Shown: in pieces, positions 7,976-16,389 of the stretch | Layout: each line of letters begins with the position of its first letter | Position numbering within the stretch: the stretch's first letter is position 1 | From: a virus | IMG/VR virus record: IMGVR_UViG_3300045988_159773 | Strand: one strand, 5' to 3' | Length of the DNA stretch: 64,000 nucleotides | Position numbers and translations under genes: made by a program | The notes under the pieces: model-generated | Seen by the model: the letters and a program-made list of their open reading frames with translations, nothing else | The model's database searches: none | What the model was told of the DNA's origin: nothing

Positions 7976-8601
7976 TTCTTTACCTCCTCGAACCAACCAG
8001 AGCCGAACATAGCAGTCGGACTGCTGAACGTGATTGTGCTTTTCCCGTCCAGAGTCTTGCCCTTGAACTTGAGCCGACCCAGCTCCCACTCGTCGTAGTC
8101 GAACACAAGAATAGAACCCTTGCGCAGAACCGCATAGTCCTTGCCCGCGACATTGGGATACATCCAGGCTTTAGGACTCTCAACGTCCCACGTATCTCCG
8201 TCATAGTCGAAGTAAAGCGTCTGGGTTGTACGAACCGTAATCGGCGTTTTGTCGACACAACTCCAAGTGCCGTTAAAGAACACCCAGTGAGTCTCCGCGC
8301 CAGACAGCACCGCAGTGTCCCCGTCCCTCGGCGAGGTTCTGATGCTCACCAGCGAGTCGAACACGCCAAGAAAACGCTCGTTGTGAGTAAGTTCGGGAGC
8401 TGAACCGCTTTCTTTGAGGTCGTCCTCGCTGCGCTCCGTGTTCATTTCCTTGACCAGCTCGGCAATGAACTCGCCGCTCGCAACCTCTTTGTAGTCATCT
8501 ACCTTTTCGGGCAAATAACGCTTGCAGAGGTAAAACACCATCGCCAGAGTTTGGTCGCTCGCGTTGTTTATGAATTTGAGGAATTCCTCTTTCGCCGTCA
8601 T
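7972..8601 (-). CDS. Hypothetical protein
   Basis: Intact 209-aa ORF, translationally coupled on both sides. Confidence 0.6.
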   Translation of the reverse strand: MTAKEEFLKFINNASDQTLAMVFYLCKRYLPEKVDDYKEVASGEFIAELVKEMNTERSEDDLKESGSAPELTHNERFLGVFDSLVSIRTSPRDGDTAVLSGAETHWVFFNGTWSCVDKTPITVRTTQTLYFDYDGDTWDVESPKAWMYPNVAGKDYAVLRKGSILVFDYDEWELGRLKFKGKTLDGKSTITFSSPTAMFGSGWFEEVKK

Positions 8602-8753
8602 ACTCTAACCTCCCACTTTTTCGCATTCGCTCTTGCGCGGTTCGCCGCTTCACGCTCCTGTTGCGCCTCGTTCGGCTTGCCGACCTTTTCCAAAATCTTT
8701 GCACGCTCATCGTGCTTGCGGGCGGCTTCCCGCCACTTCTCCGCCGTCGTCAT
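8598..8753 (-). CDS. Small helical hypothetical protein (51 aa)
   Basis: My translation: MTTAEKWREAARKHDERAKILEKVGKPNEAQQEREAANRARANAKKWEVRV. ATGA overlaps with both neighbouring genes. Confidence 0.4.
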   Translation of the reverse strand: MTTAEKWREAARKHDERAKILEKVGKPNEAQQEREAANRARANAKKWEVRV

Positions 8754-9127
8754 TTCTCGCCTCGCAATAAGGTCATATCAAATCCGCTGTTGATGAAACG
8801 GTTGCATAGGTCTCTGTTACACCCGTTGCCCAACTTGACGTAAATGTCTTCCCAGTCAGCCGCCGGAAAGTCCGTGCCCAGATAACGGTTAACGCCGCGC
8901 GAGATAAAGTCGTGCAGTGCCTCGCTCTTTGCGTCGTCCGTTCCATAAACGGTCTTGAAAGCCGCACGCGAAAAGCATATGAGTAGTTTGGCTTGAACAT
9001 CGCGCTCGCACGCGCAACAATTCAAAATAAAGTACGTGTTGCTTTCACGGTGCGCTATGAACTCCTCGTTGTCGTTGATAATGCTACCTGGAAAGCACTT
9101 GAATAATTTGCGTTCAAAATCGTACAT
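8750..9127 (-). CDS. Hypothetical protein
   Basis: 125-aa ORF with RBS GCGGAGG. Confidence 0.6.
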   Translation of the reverse strand: MYDFERKLFKCFPGSIINDNEEFIAHRESNTYFILNCCACERDVQAKLLICFSRAAFKTVYGTDDAKSEALHDFISRGVNRYLGTDFPAADWEDIYVKLGNGCNRDLCNRFINSGFDMTLLRGEK

Positions 9128-9176
9128 AAAACTTGCCTCCGCTTACGTATACAACGGCGCGAATAAAGTGGGTAAG

Positions 9177-9206
9177 AAAAGAGGACGGCTCTCGCTGTCC
9201 TCTTTT
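9177..9206 (-). terminator. Intrinsic terminator after gene 9215..9817
   Basis: Minus-strand AAAAGAGGAC-N10-GTCCTCTTTT followed by CTT. Confidence 0.6.
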
Positions 9207-9214
9207 CCGCCGCC

Positions 9215-9817
9215 TTACTCTTCCCAGAAATTTTTCTTTTTCTTGGGGGCTGCCGCCGCAGGTGTCTTCGCGGGCGCGGGAGCAGGTTTTGCCGCTGCGG
9301 GCTTCTTTCCCGAAACCGCTGCGGGAGCCTCTTCCTCTTCCGCCGCTTCCTCTTCTTCGACCTCTTCGTCTTCTTCCTCGGCTTCTCCTTCGGCGGGAGT
9401 AAGCTCGGGCATCGCATACGCGTCGCTATCCTTCAGCGGGAAAAACGAGTAGGTCGCGTCGAGCGTGCCCGCCTTCGAGCAGGTAATCTTGTAGACGGTG
9501 TCGATGATGTCTCCGCCAGCCGCTTCGAATAAGGGCAACAGCGTGTCCGCACCGAACCGCGCCGACCTGTCCCAAGTCATCATTTCGAAAGCCGACTTGC
9601 TGGTATATACCGCGACTTTCAATGACATGGTCCATTTGCCTTCGGGCGTGTCCCAGATAACCTTCTTGGTCGCGGGGTCGTAGAGTTTCTGACGGCACTG
9701 AATGTCCTCGGGCTTCTCGTAGCAGAAACGAACAATCTTGATGTTCTCCTTCGGCGTGAACTTCAGAAACGCTCCGTTGTTCTCAGGTGGCATTTGTGCA
9801 AATTTCGCTAAATCCAT
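9215..9817 (-). CDS. Monocistronic DNA-binding-type protein with an acidic run plus an H1-like KAP-rich tail (possible SSB-like)
   Basis: It has its own promoter and terminator. The C-terminus is EGEAEEEDEEVEEEEAAEEEE followed by KKPAAAKPAPAPAKTPAAAAPKKKKNFWEE. Confidence 0.55.
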   Translation of the reverse strand: MDLAKFAQMPPENNGAFLKFTPKENIKIVRFCYEKPEDIQCRQKLYDPATKKVIWDTPEGKWTMSLKVAVYTSKSAFEMMTWDRSARFGADTLLPLFEAAGGDIIDTVYKITCSKAGTLDATYSFFPLKDSDAYAMPELTPAEGEAEEEDEEVEEEEAAEEEEAPAAVSGKKPAAAKPAPAPAKTPAAAAPKKKKNFWEE

Positions 9818-9876
9818 TTTACATTCTCCTTTTTATTTAGATTGGTTCCGCATTTAGCAAACGGACTTCCTATTTC

Positions 9877-9906
9877 AGTATACAAGGTTTGCGAATTTCC
9901 TTGCAA
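9877..9906 (-). promoter_or_regulatory. Sigma-A/sigma-70-type promoter TTGCAA-18-TATACT for gene 9215..9817
   Basis: The hexamers were read on the minus strand, about 60 nt upstream of the ATG. Confidence 0.55.
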
Positions 9907-9986
9907 TCGTGAAACCTTTTCGCTAAGGGTCTAATTCTTAAAATATAACCTCGCCTTCAACCCTCATTAAATAATACAAAACGAAA

Positions 9987-10008
9987 GCGGGATGCTTACA
10001 CATCCCGC
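9987..10008 (-). terminator. Intrinsic terminator (GCGGGATG-loop-CATCCCGC, then TTTCGTTTT)
   Basis: The hairpin and T-tract lie directly downstream of the small ORF 10018..10191. Confidence 0.6.
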
Positions 10009-10017
10009 CAAACTTTT

Positions 10018-10191
10018 TATTTCAATTCAAACTCAACCGTGTACCCCGCATAATTTTCGCGGATATATTGCTTCGTTGTTTCCACCATTTCATTACGACC
10101 GAGAGCCACTTGAACTACATCCCTAATACGATGGCAAACCTGCCCCGCGTCGTTCTTGATAATCGCCCACAAAATTTTTCTCTTCTTCATT
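10018..10191 (-). CDS. Small hypothetical protein (57 aa)
   Basis: My translation: MKKRKILWAIIKNDAGQVCHRIRDVVQVALGRNEMVETTKQYIRENYAGYTVEFELK. RBS TAAGGAGGA. Followed by a terminator. Confidence 0.45.
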
Positions 10192-10203
10192 TGAAAATCC
10201 TCC

Positions 10204-10998
10204 TTAGTTTGCGTACGAGGGCTTGAGAATCGGCAGTAACTTCGCTTTCAGATTTTCCATCTGCCGCGCCGTGAACTTGATGCCCTCCGCTTCGAAATCC
10301 TTGTAAACCTGATTCTTCGAATCGCCGCCGAGCAGTTTTTTGCAAACTTTCAACTCGGTTTCGTCACAAATGCGCTCCAGCGCATCCATGAACATGTATT
10401 CCTCGTAACCGCCGTCGACCGTTCCCGCGATGTCTGCAATAGAGATGGGGTCTTCGCCTTCGGGAGCAAGGTCACTCTCATTGATATTCTTCGAGAGGTC
10501 TCTCTTGCCGACCTTCTTCGGGTCGACCTCTTCCTCGTATACGGCACGCACACGAACATTGCCCCACGCATCGACTACCGTCGTTGTTTCGGCTACGCCC
10601 TGCGCATTCATTTTGCGAACTCGATGGTCACCGAATAGGTATTTGCACTTGTTGATGAACAGCTGCTCGGCACGCCATTTGTAAATGCCGACCGACGTGG
10701 ACTCAATGAGCGATTTCGTAAAATCAAGCTCCCGAATCTGCTTCTCTTTCACGACCTTGGTATATTTACCGTTGACCGTCTGCCAGACTTCCTCACGAAC
10801 TGTCCTATAGACATAATTGCCGTTTTCGTCAGTCTTGTACGGAAAGGTATCCATCCACAAGTCGATTAAGAGTTGGTCCTCTTCGCCGTCCAGTGAGCGC
10901 AAGCCCCACTTATTCATCAGCCCGTTCAGGTGCACGCACACCTGGTCAAAGACCTCTTTCTCTCTCTTCGTTAAACCACTCAAAGTGTTACGGAACAT
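10204..10998 (-). CDS. Hypothetical protein, possible transcription regulator
   Basis: Start MFRNTLSGLTKREKEVFDQV at 10998 follows AGGAGGA. The LTKREKEVF segment resembles sigma region-4/LuxR-type HTH motifs. It is driven by an early-type promoter. Confidence 0.5.
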   Translation of the reverse strand: MFRNTLSGLTKREKEVFDQVCVHLNGLMNKWGLRSLDGEEDQLLIDLWMDTFPYKTDENGNYVYRTVREEVWQTVNGKYTKVVKEKQIRELDFTKSLIESTSVGIYKWRAEQLFINKCKYLFGDHRVRKMNAQGVAETTTVVDAWGNVRVRAVYEEEVDPKKVGKRDLSKNINESDLAPEGEDPISIADIAGTVDGGYEEYMFMDALERICDETELKVCKKLLGGDSKNQVYKDFEAEGIKFTARQMENLKAKLLPILKPSYAN

Positions 10999-11052
10999 AT
11001 GTACAATCCTCCTAAGTCGCCTGGACGTCGCAGTCCCTCCAGCGATGTATTT

Positions 11053-11081
11053 ACTGTAGCACAAAAGAAAAAATTACGCAA
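11053..11081 (-). promoter_or_regulatory. Early promoter TTGCGT-17-TGcTACAGT (extended -10)
   Basis: About 30 of 37 nt are identical to the promoter at 25459..25487. An 8-bp palindrome TTGCGCAA lies just upstream. Confidence 0.6.
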
Positions 11082-11158
11082 GCAATTTGCGCAACTTTCT
11101 CAAAAATATTTTCAAAAAGATTTCCCAGCCACAGTACTATGATGATAGGAAAATATGT

Positions 11159-11542
11159 TCAGTAATCGAAAATGTTGAAAACCGACTTCGCGCCTTCGAT
11201 TCTTTTGAGTAAGGGCAGGTCCCTCTTGACGTCGAAATCCTCTTTGGCAATCAGCCAATTGTAAATCCTCGGCAACAGGTCCGCCCGCGCACCCACCCGC
11301 GCGACACAGCGAAAGAACTTGTGATAATCGTTGCGCAGAACCGCGTCGAAAATGTCTTTCTCCAGCACCGAGATGTCGGGATAGGTCTGCTCGTTTTCCA
11401 CTTCCAGCTCCAACAGCTCTGGAAAGTCGGCGAACTTCTTCACCTGACTTTCCGTCAGCAGACCAGAGTCGATGACCACTTTCATATCCCTGGAAATCGG
11501 AAACGTCCTCTCCTTCTTTTTTGGCATTACGAACAGTGGCAT
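11159..11542 (-). CDS. Hypothetical protein (in the position of a small clamp-loader subunit)
   Basis: 127-aa ORF starting 2 nt after the clamp-loader stop. The function is inferred from position only. Confidence 0.5.
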   Translation of the reverse strand: MPLFVMPKKKERTFPISRDMKVVIDSGLLTESQVKKFADFPELLELEVENEQTYPDISVLEKDIFDAVLRNDYHKFFRCVARVGARADLLPRIYNWLIAKEDFDVKRDLPLLKRIEGAKSVFNIFDY

Positions 11543-11543
11543 C

Positions 11544-12509
11544 TTAGTCCACCCCCGTCAGACAGAGCGTAATCAGTCTGGTCTTTGCGTCCCTCGCATC
11601 CGTAATCCTTGCAAGTTTGTCGAGGAACAGACCGAATACGCGCGGGCTATGTTCTTCATAGATTTCCGCGAACGCCGCCGCTTGTTTTGCGTCCCTCAAC
11701 TTCATCGGCTGGATATTGAAATGCGCCATCATCATATCGAGCAGAACGCCCTCAAGCCGACATTTCCAGTCAAAGAAGTCCACATCAAGCTGCTTGATGA
11801 CTTTTAGCCCGTTCTTCGGCTGCTTGTCAAGCGTCGATTTGATAAATGCACGCATACCTGCCGTGTCTGGAATGCCGAAAAGTTTGTTGAACTGTTCCTC
11901 GGTTTCGACTTCGGAGTAAACGCACTGCTGCAAGTTCTTCACCGCGTCGCGTACCTGCCCGTTGCAGTTCCCTGCAATAAGGCGTAGCACCTCGTCGTTG
12001 AGTTCCTTCCCCTCCGCTTCCAGAATGGTCTTGAGCCGCCCAATGATAACGTCTTCCTTTACAGGATAATATTTGAACGTCACCGCGCGACCGCGAATCG
12101 TGTTCGGTACCTTATTGAACTCCGTCGTGCAGAAAATCCAAATCGTGGAATCGTTCGGCTCTTCGATTGCTTTCAGTGCCGAGTTCCACGCGCCGTTGGA
12201 CAGCATGTGTGCCTCGTCGATGATGACCACCCGATACTTGTTCACCAACGGCTGCAAACGCACGAGGTCGAGAATCTCGCGCATGTTGTCCACGCCGTTG
12301 TTGGATGCCGCGTCGACCTCAAGAATGTTCGCGTCCAGCATATTCCCGTAGATTCGTGCAACAGTCGTCTTGCCGCACCCAGACGTGCCCTGGAATATCA
12401 TCGTGTGATATGGGTCGTCCAAAGTCGACTCCAAAATCCTCGTATTTACTTTTTGACCGACAACCTCATCAAAGGTTCTCGGGCGATAGACATTCTCCCA
12501 TTTTTCCAT
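11544..12509 (-). CDS. AAA+ clamp loader (DnaX/RFC/gp44-like)
   Basis: Motifs GTSGCGKTTVAR (Walker A), VVIIDEAHML (Walker B) and TTEFNKVPNTIRGRA (sensor/SRC-like). Confidence 0.8.
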   Translation of the reverse strand: MEKWENVYRPRTFDEVVGQKVNTRILESTLDDPYHTMIFQGTSGCGKTTVARIYGNMLDANILEVDAASNNGVDNMREILDLVRLQPLVNKYRVVIIDEAHMLSNGAWNSALKAIEEPNDSTIWIFCTTEFNKVPNTIRGRAVTFKYYPVKEDVIIGRLKTILEAEGKELNDEVLRLIAGNCNGQVRDAVKNLQQCVYSEVETEEQFNKLFGIPDTAGMRAFIKSTLDKQPKNGLKVIKQLDVDFFDWKCRLEGVLLDMMMAHFNIQPMKLRDAKQAAAFAEIYEEHSPRVFGLFLDKLARITDARDAKTRLITLCLTGVD

Positions 12510-12966
12510 CGTTTCGCCTCCTAACTGCCTCGGAAATTTTTCGCTTCGTAGCCTCCGAATGCTTTCTTCCCAATCCTGCTATACGCAATTTTTCACGTGT
12601 CTCTTCCGAAACAACCCGACCTAGCATCTTTGCTCTCTGCCTTTCGGTGCAAGTTCCATAATTCCTGTTATAACTTCGAGTGCACCACTCCAAATTATCC
12701 GCGCAATTATTATGCTTATCTTCGTCCTTATGATTCACAAATGGCAAATCATCTGGATTCGGAATAAAGGCTTGCGCCACCAGACGATGCACCAGCTCGC
12801 TCTTGCGAAAACCATCCCTGCACAATATCACCGAATGATATTTCCCGCCGCGACATTTCAAAATCTTTGTAACTCCGTACTCGGTTCGTTGAACAGAGCG
12901 AACCCTGCCCAAAGTTGAAACCTCATACAGACCTTCCCAGCCTGAAATACTTGCCCACTTTTCCAT
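12469..12966 (-). CDS. HNH homing endonuclease with NUMOD-type repeats
   Basis: Motifs GWEGLYEVSTLGRVRS (NUMOD4-like), HRLVAQAF..VNHKDEDKHNNCADNLEW (HNH), and repeated SEETREKL / SEATKRKIS. Its 3' end overlaps the clamp-loader start by 41 nt. Confidence 0.8.
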   Translation of the reverse strand: MEKWASISGWEGLYEVSTLGRVRSVQRTEYGVTKILKCRGGKYHSVILCRDGFRKSELVHRLVAQAFIPNPDDLPFVNHKDEDKHNNCADNLEWCTRSYNRNYGTCTERQRAKMLGRVVSEETREKLRIAGLGRKHSEATKRKISEAVRRRNDGKMGECLSPENL

Positions 12967-13112
12967 GCTTAACGTATACCGCTAAAACGGCACTTTCTGA
13001 CCGAACACCTGCTCACGCAGAGAAACCGCCTCGGGCAGTTTTGATGCCAGATTCAAATAAGCCTTCTGCAACTCAATCGGCTGCTTTACAAACTCCTCCA
13101 TTGTGAATGGGT

Positions 13113-13400
13113 TCAGTGTGTCTCGGGTCGAATATCGTAAATGTCACATTTCTTTTCCTCGTTGAGAAACGGACAAGTCATATCGTATGTAGCCGTCATT
13201 CCCATTTTGAGTTGCGTGTGCGGTTTGTAATGATGCGAGCGCACGAACTTGCGAAGTGTGTCAAGCTCCTTCTTAGTAACAGGAAAAATATCCGAACAGC
13301 AACCGCCACAGCACGAGCAGTGCCCGCCTACGCAGTGGTTCTCAGTCTCCCCGAAGTGGTCACCGAACACACTCTTTTGAAATGCTAACGCCCTAGACAT
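13113..13400 (-). CDS. YkgJ/UPF0153-like Cys-rich metal-binding protein
   Basis: Contains a CSCCGGCC motif and a downstream CPFL...KCDIY motif. RBS GGAGGA. Confidence 0.55.
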   Translation of the reverse strand: MSRALAFQKSVFGDHFGETENHCVGGHCSCCGGCCSDIFPVTKKELDTLRKFVRSHHYKPHTQLKMGMTATYDMTCPFLNEEKKCDIYDIRPETH

Positions 13401-13648
13401 TTTGGTCCTCCTGGTTTGTACAGCGGGTCGATTTCATCGCACCACGCGTACGGCTTTACATACCCGTCCTGCTTGTCGCAATAAAGCACCAACTTTCCAA
13501 AATCTCTGTCGTGAGGTGAAAGCGTCTTTATAATCCCGTAATGCCGATGCCCGTTCGCATCCACAGTGTGGACACATTCGCAACAATGAGGTCTGCCGCC
13601 GATTCCAATTGACGGCTCGGTATAATTGAATTTACACGCCCGCATCAT
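13385..13648 (-). CDS. Hypothetical Cys/His-rich protein
   Basis: Start MMRACKF at 13648 lies just after the upstream stop, with RBS GGGGGAG. The longer track ORF would overlap the upstream gene. Confidence 0.45.
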   Translation of the reverse strand: MMRACKFNYTEPSIGIGGRPHCCECVHTVDANGHRHYGIIKTLSPHDRDFGKLVLYCDKQDGYVKPYAWCDEIDPLYKPGGPKCLGR

Positions 13649-13649
13649 A

Positions 13650-13949
13650 TTAGTCCATGCTCCCCCATTCATCAGTATCGTTCGAGCCTTGACCGAGATT
13701 GTTCTTTGCCTGACGGCGAGCCTGTTCGTACATATGATAGGGCATTTCTTCCCTTGCATACTCGTTTATGTATCGACCGATGGTTGACTTGCTGCAACCG
13801 TAGAACGCCGCCAAAGTGCGAACCGACCGCCCAGTCTCGATGTACGTGGTGAGAATCCTCTCAACACACGAGGTCTTGCTGCCCATTCGTTCAAGTTTTG
13901 GATTCCTCCGCACAGGCGGTGGATTGAATCGTTTGTCCCATTTCGCCAT
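13650..13949 (-). CDS. Helix-turn-helix DNA-binding protein
   Basis: GRSVRTLAAFYGCSKSTIGRYINEY is HTH-like. Start MAKWDKRF at 13949. Confidence 0.55.
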   Translation of the reverse strand: MAKWDKRFNPPPVRRNPKLERMGSKTSCVERILTTYIETGRSVRTLAAFYGCSKSTIGRYINEYAREEMPYHMYEQARRQAKNNLGQGSNDTDEWGSMD

Positions 13950-13951
13950 AA

Positions 13952-14650
13952 CTACTCTCCCAAAGAATAAATCGGACACTTCTCATAAATCGGCTTCAAG
14001 TTCTTGTACTCGTTATGCCTTGCTAAAATTGGTTTGTTCTGCTCCACCCGCGCGTTGACCAGAGCGATGAGTGCCCAGCACGCGACATTGCTCACGTACC
14101 CGATTGGCTGCGCGAGATTCTCCATAATAAGGAAATCGCACTTCTGTGCCTTAGAGATAAGGTCATCAGATGTTCCACGCTCGCGGGCAGACTTCAACTC
14201 GGCGAAAAGTACTGCACAGTCGAGGACGTATACCGAGCCGTGTGGCTTCAAGTCCTTAATCGCCGACAGAACATACTTCTCACATTTCTTCTTTGCTCCA
14301 TCGATTGTGACGAACATCATGCCCTCCGCCACGCACTCAATAAAGCTCTTCTCAAGCATCGGAAACTCTTCCTTGTGTTTCCGAATCACGCGATACCCGT
14401 GTGCCGCCTTCAACTGAGCCAGAGCAATAGCAGGGTCTTTCTCCAAGTGGTCAATCTGCCGTTGGAAAGCCTCTTTCGTCATTCCCGTGGGGAAAGAAAA
14501 AAGCCACTTCTCTATCGCGTCCAAAACCTCAATAGAGAAGTCGCCTACCGACCGCAGTAAACCTGCTTTTTGAAACTCTACTTTAGGCTGTTGAATAACG
14601 ACGTCGTTCTTTTCCTTTTCTACTTCGTCAAAAAACTTCATCTTCACCAT
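13952..14650 (-). CDS. Hypothetical protein; possible DnaC/IstB-like fold with a degenerate Walker A
   Basis: CDFLIMENLAQP...LVNARVEQNKPILARHN resembles the Walker B to sensor region of helicase loaders. The Walker A position reads DGAKKKCEKY. It ends with TAG. Confidence 0.35.
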   Translation of the reverse strand: MVKMKFFDEVEKEKNDVVIQQPKVEFQKAGLLRSVGDFSIEVLDAIEKWLFSFPTGMTKEAFQRQIDHLEKDPAIALAQLKAAHGYRVIRKHKEEFPMLEKSFIECVAEGMMFVTIDGAKKKCEKYVLSAIKDLKPHGSVYVLDCAVLFAELKSARERGTSDDLISKAQKCDFLIMENLAQPIGYVSNVACWALIALVNARVEQNKPILARHNEYKNLKPIYEKCPIYSLGE

Positions 14651-14667
14651 GCCTACATATACAAAAC

Positions 14668-14922
14668 TTACACGCGCACTACCACACTCGAAAACTGATA
14701 TTGGTCTCCTTTCCAATGCGCCTTGATAACCTCAGACGAGGTAGCCACAGGGATGGGTGTGCCGTAACGTTGCGACAGCGCGACAGATTCGTTGGTCAGC
14801 GTCTGCAACTGCGTCACAACGCCATCGACCGTGTCTCCACTCGCCATAAGCGAGAAATCGGGTACCATACCGTAGTACGGTCCGTCTCCAATAACCACCG
14901 CGACATACAAAGTCTCAGTCAT
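14668..14922 (-). CDS. HicB-like (UPF0150) small protein
   Basis: TETLYVAVVIGDGPYYGMVPDFSLMASGDTVDGVVTQL resembles HicB-family antitoxin folds. No HicA partner was seen. Confidence 0.45.
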   Translation of the reverse strand: MTETLYVAVVIGDGPYYGMVPDFSLMASGDTVDGVVTQLQTLTNESVALSQRYGTPIPVATSSEVIKAHWKGDQYQFSSVVVRV

Positions 14923-15391
14923 AATTTGCCTCCCAATGTTCAAAAACAGTGTCCAGCTCCTCTTTGCTTACGAATAAGGCTGGAACACTTCTAATATCTG
15001 CGCCGTCAATATACACCGCAGTCATTCGTCCCTTCTTGATGAAACGCCGAACAGAAACCTGCTGCGAGTTTGATAAAAACTGAATCCATACGCACCCACA
15101 CGACTCGCCTAACTCTTTCATGCGCTCGCGCGTCTTCGCCCACAGCATTGGCTTGGGCATATCTTTCTTGAGCGGTGTCGTCCGTTTTGGCGGGGTCTGT
15201 CGAACCCTCCCACTCGGATACCGACCTACGACCATAGCCCTCGCTTGAGAACGGCAAGCCAGCACCTGTCCGCAAGGTCTTCCAGTGTCGCATTTGCCAG
15301 AAATAAAGTGGATGCAGGTATGGCAAAGACCAGACTCGAGCGAATCTGGTTTTGGTTGTAGTAACTTAGTTGCTTCCTTCAATACCAACAC
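14915..15391 (-). CDS. Hypothetical protein
   Basis: 158-aa ORF with a GTG/TTG start region and no clear SD. Confidence 0.4.
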   Translation of the reverse strand: MLVLKEATKLLQPKPDSLESGLCHTCIHFISGKCDTGRPCGQVLACRSQARAMVVGRYPSGRVRQTPPKRTTPLKKDMPKPMLWAKTRERMKELGESCGCVWIQFLSNSQQVSVRRFIKKGRMTAVYIDGADIRSVPALFVSKEELDTVFEHWEANYD

Positions 15392-15406
15392 CTGCCAATG
15401 TTTTCA

Positions 15407-16117
15407 TTACTTTAATACAACATCGGTGCCCGCAGATAAATACTCCACCAGCAACTCAGATGCAAGCCCGCACGCAGAGTCAAAATTGACTCCTTCGTAC
15501 TGCTCTTTCTGCTTGCCGCTGCCGATAACATCGCACACAGATTTGAGCGACACCAGCCGCACGCCGAACTGCGAACACGCCGCCGCGATTCCGAACAGCT
15601 CCATATCCACGTAATAAGGCTCGCCGTCCTGCAGCAGTTCGTTCGGGTCAGTGCAGAAGTGGTCCTGCGTGAAACAGGTACGCGTCTTCTCCGCCGTCGC
15701 GACTTCAAGCACTGGTTTGCGGAACGCTTCTCCGTCCACCGCACTCGTGTCAAAGTCGTTGTTGCACACACGATGTATCTGCACGCACTTTGCGTCGCGC
15801 GCCGCCACGTCGTTGCCGCCGCAGACACCCACGTTGATGCACAGCACGTTGGTAAACTCCTGCGGATTGAGGGCGAAAACGGCATTGAGAGCCATCGAGG
15901 TACTCACTGCCGCATTGACTTTGCCAACACCCGTGATAACGCTCCAGATATCCGTGCGACCGAGCAAACCCAACTTCGTCAGCGCGGGCTGCACGATTTT
16001 GTCGCGCTCCGATTGCATAGCAGTAAAGATGAGTACCTTTGGGAACTCCACCTTGACCTGCTCCTCTTTCTTCGCCTCTTCCTTGATAGGCTCAGCCGCT
16101 TTTTCTTTCTTTTCCAT
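15407..16117 (-). CDS. mtnN: 5'-methylthioadenosine/S-adenosylhomocysteine nucleosidase-like (PNP_UDP_1 fold)
   Basis: Motifs ITGVGKVNAA, CINVGVCGG, YYVDMELFGIAAAC and LKSVCDV parallel the MtnN motifs GIGKVAAA, INTGSAGG, VEMEA..IA and AISD. Start MEKKEK at 16117 follows AGGAG. Confidence 0.75.
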   Translation of the reverse strand: MEKKEKAAEPIKEEAKKEEQVKVEFPKVLIFTAMQSERDKIVQPALTKLGLLGRTDIWSVITGVGKVNAAVSTSMALNAVFALNPQEFTNVLCINVGVCGGNDVAARDAKCVQIHRVCNNDFDTSAVDGEAFRKPVLEVATAEKTRTCFTQDHFCTDPNELLQDGEPYYVDMELFGIAAACSQFGVRLVSLKSVCDVIGSGKQKEQYEGVNFDSACGLASELLVEYLSAGTDVVLK

Positions 16118-16118
16118 T

Positions 16119-16382
16119 TCAGTTACTCCTGTATTTATTGAACGGATTTGAGCCGTCCGAATCGTCATCGTCCAACGCCTCATAGTAGTCATCTTTATTA
16201 TAGGAAATAAACTCCGACGTGTCATTGAAATCGTCAAAATCGGGATAGTCCAATTCAAGAATATCGGCAATCGCTTTCGCATACGAAATCATTTTATCCG
16301 TCGCGCCGCGCTTTGGCTGGCGAGCAGTTTTGCTCGGATGCTCGCCCATAAACTCCATGAGGTTCATTCGCTTCTTTTCCAT
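16119..16382 (-). CDS. Small, very acidic hypothetical protein
   Basis: The C-terminal half is LELDYPDFDDFNDTSEFISYNKDDYYEALDDDDSDGSNPF. RBS GAGGTGA. Confidence 0.5.
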   Translation of the reverse strand: MEKKRMNLMEFMGEHPSKTARQPKRGATDKMISYAKAIADILELDYPDFDDFNDTSEFISYNKDDYYEALDDDDSDGSNPFNKYRSN

Positions 16383-16389
16383 GCTCACC

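Noticed and set aside
9036-9452. ORFs 9036..9452 (+), 9133..9402 (+) and 9055..9417 (-) overlapping the tail of 9215..9817
   Set aside because: They arise from the low-complexity GAA/GCC-rich repeat that encodes the acidic and KAP tails. All frames stay open there, and only the 9215..9817 frame has a promoter, RBS and a structured N-terminal domain.
12970-13101. 39-aa minus-strand ORF (MEEFVKQPIELQKAYLNLASKLPEAVSLREQVFGQKVPF) filling the gap between 13113 and 12966
   Set aside because: It has no Shine-Dalgarno sequence or promoter-like element in front of it, and it is very short. It is possible but not supportable from sequence alone.
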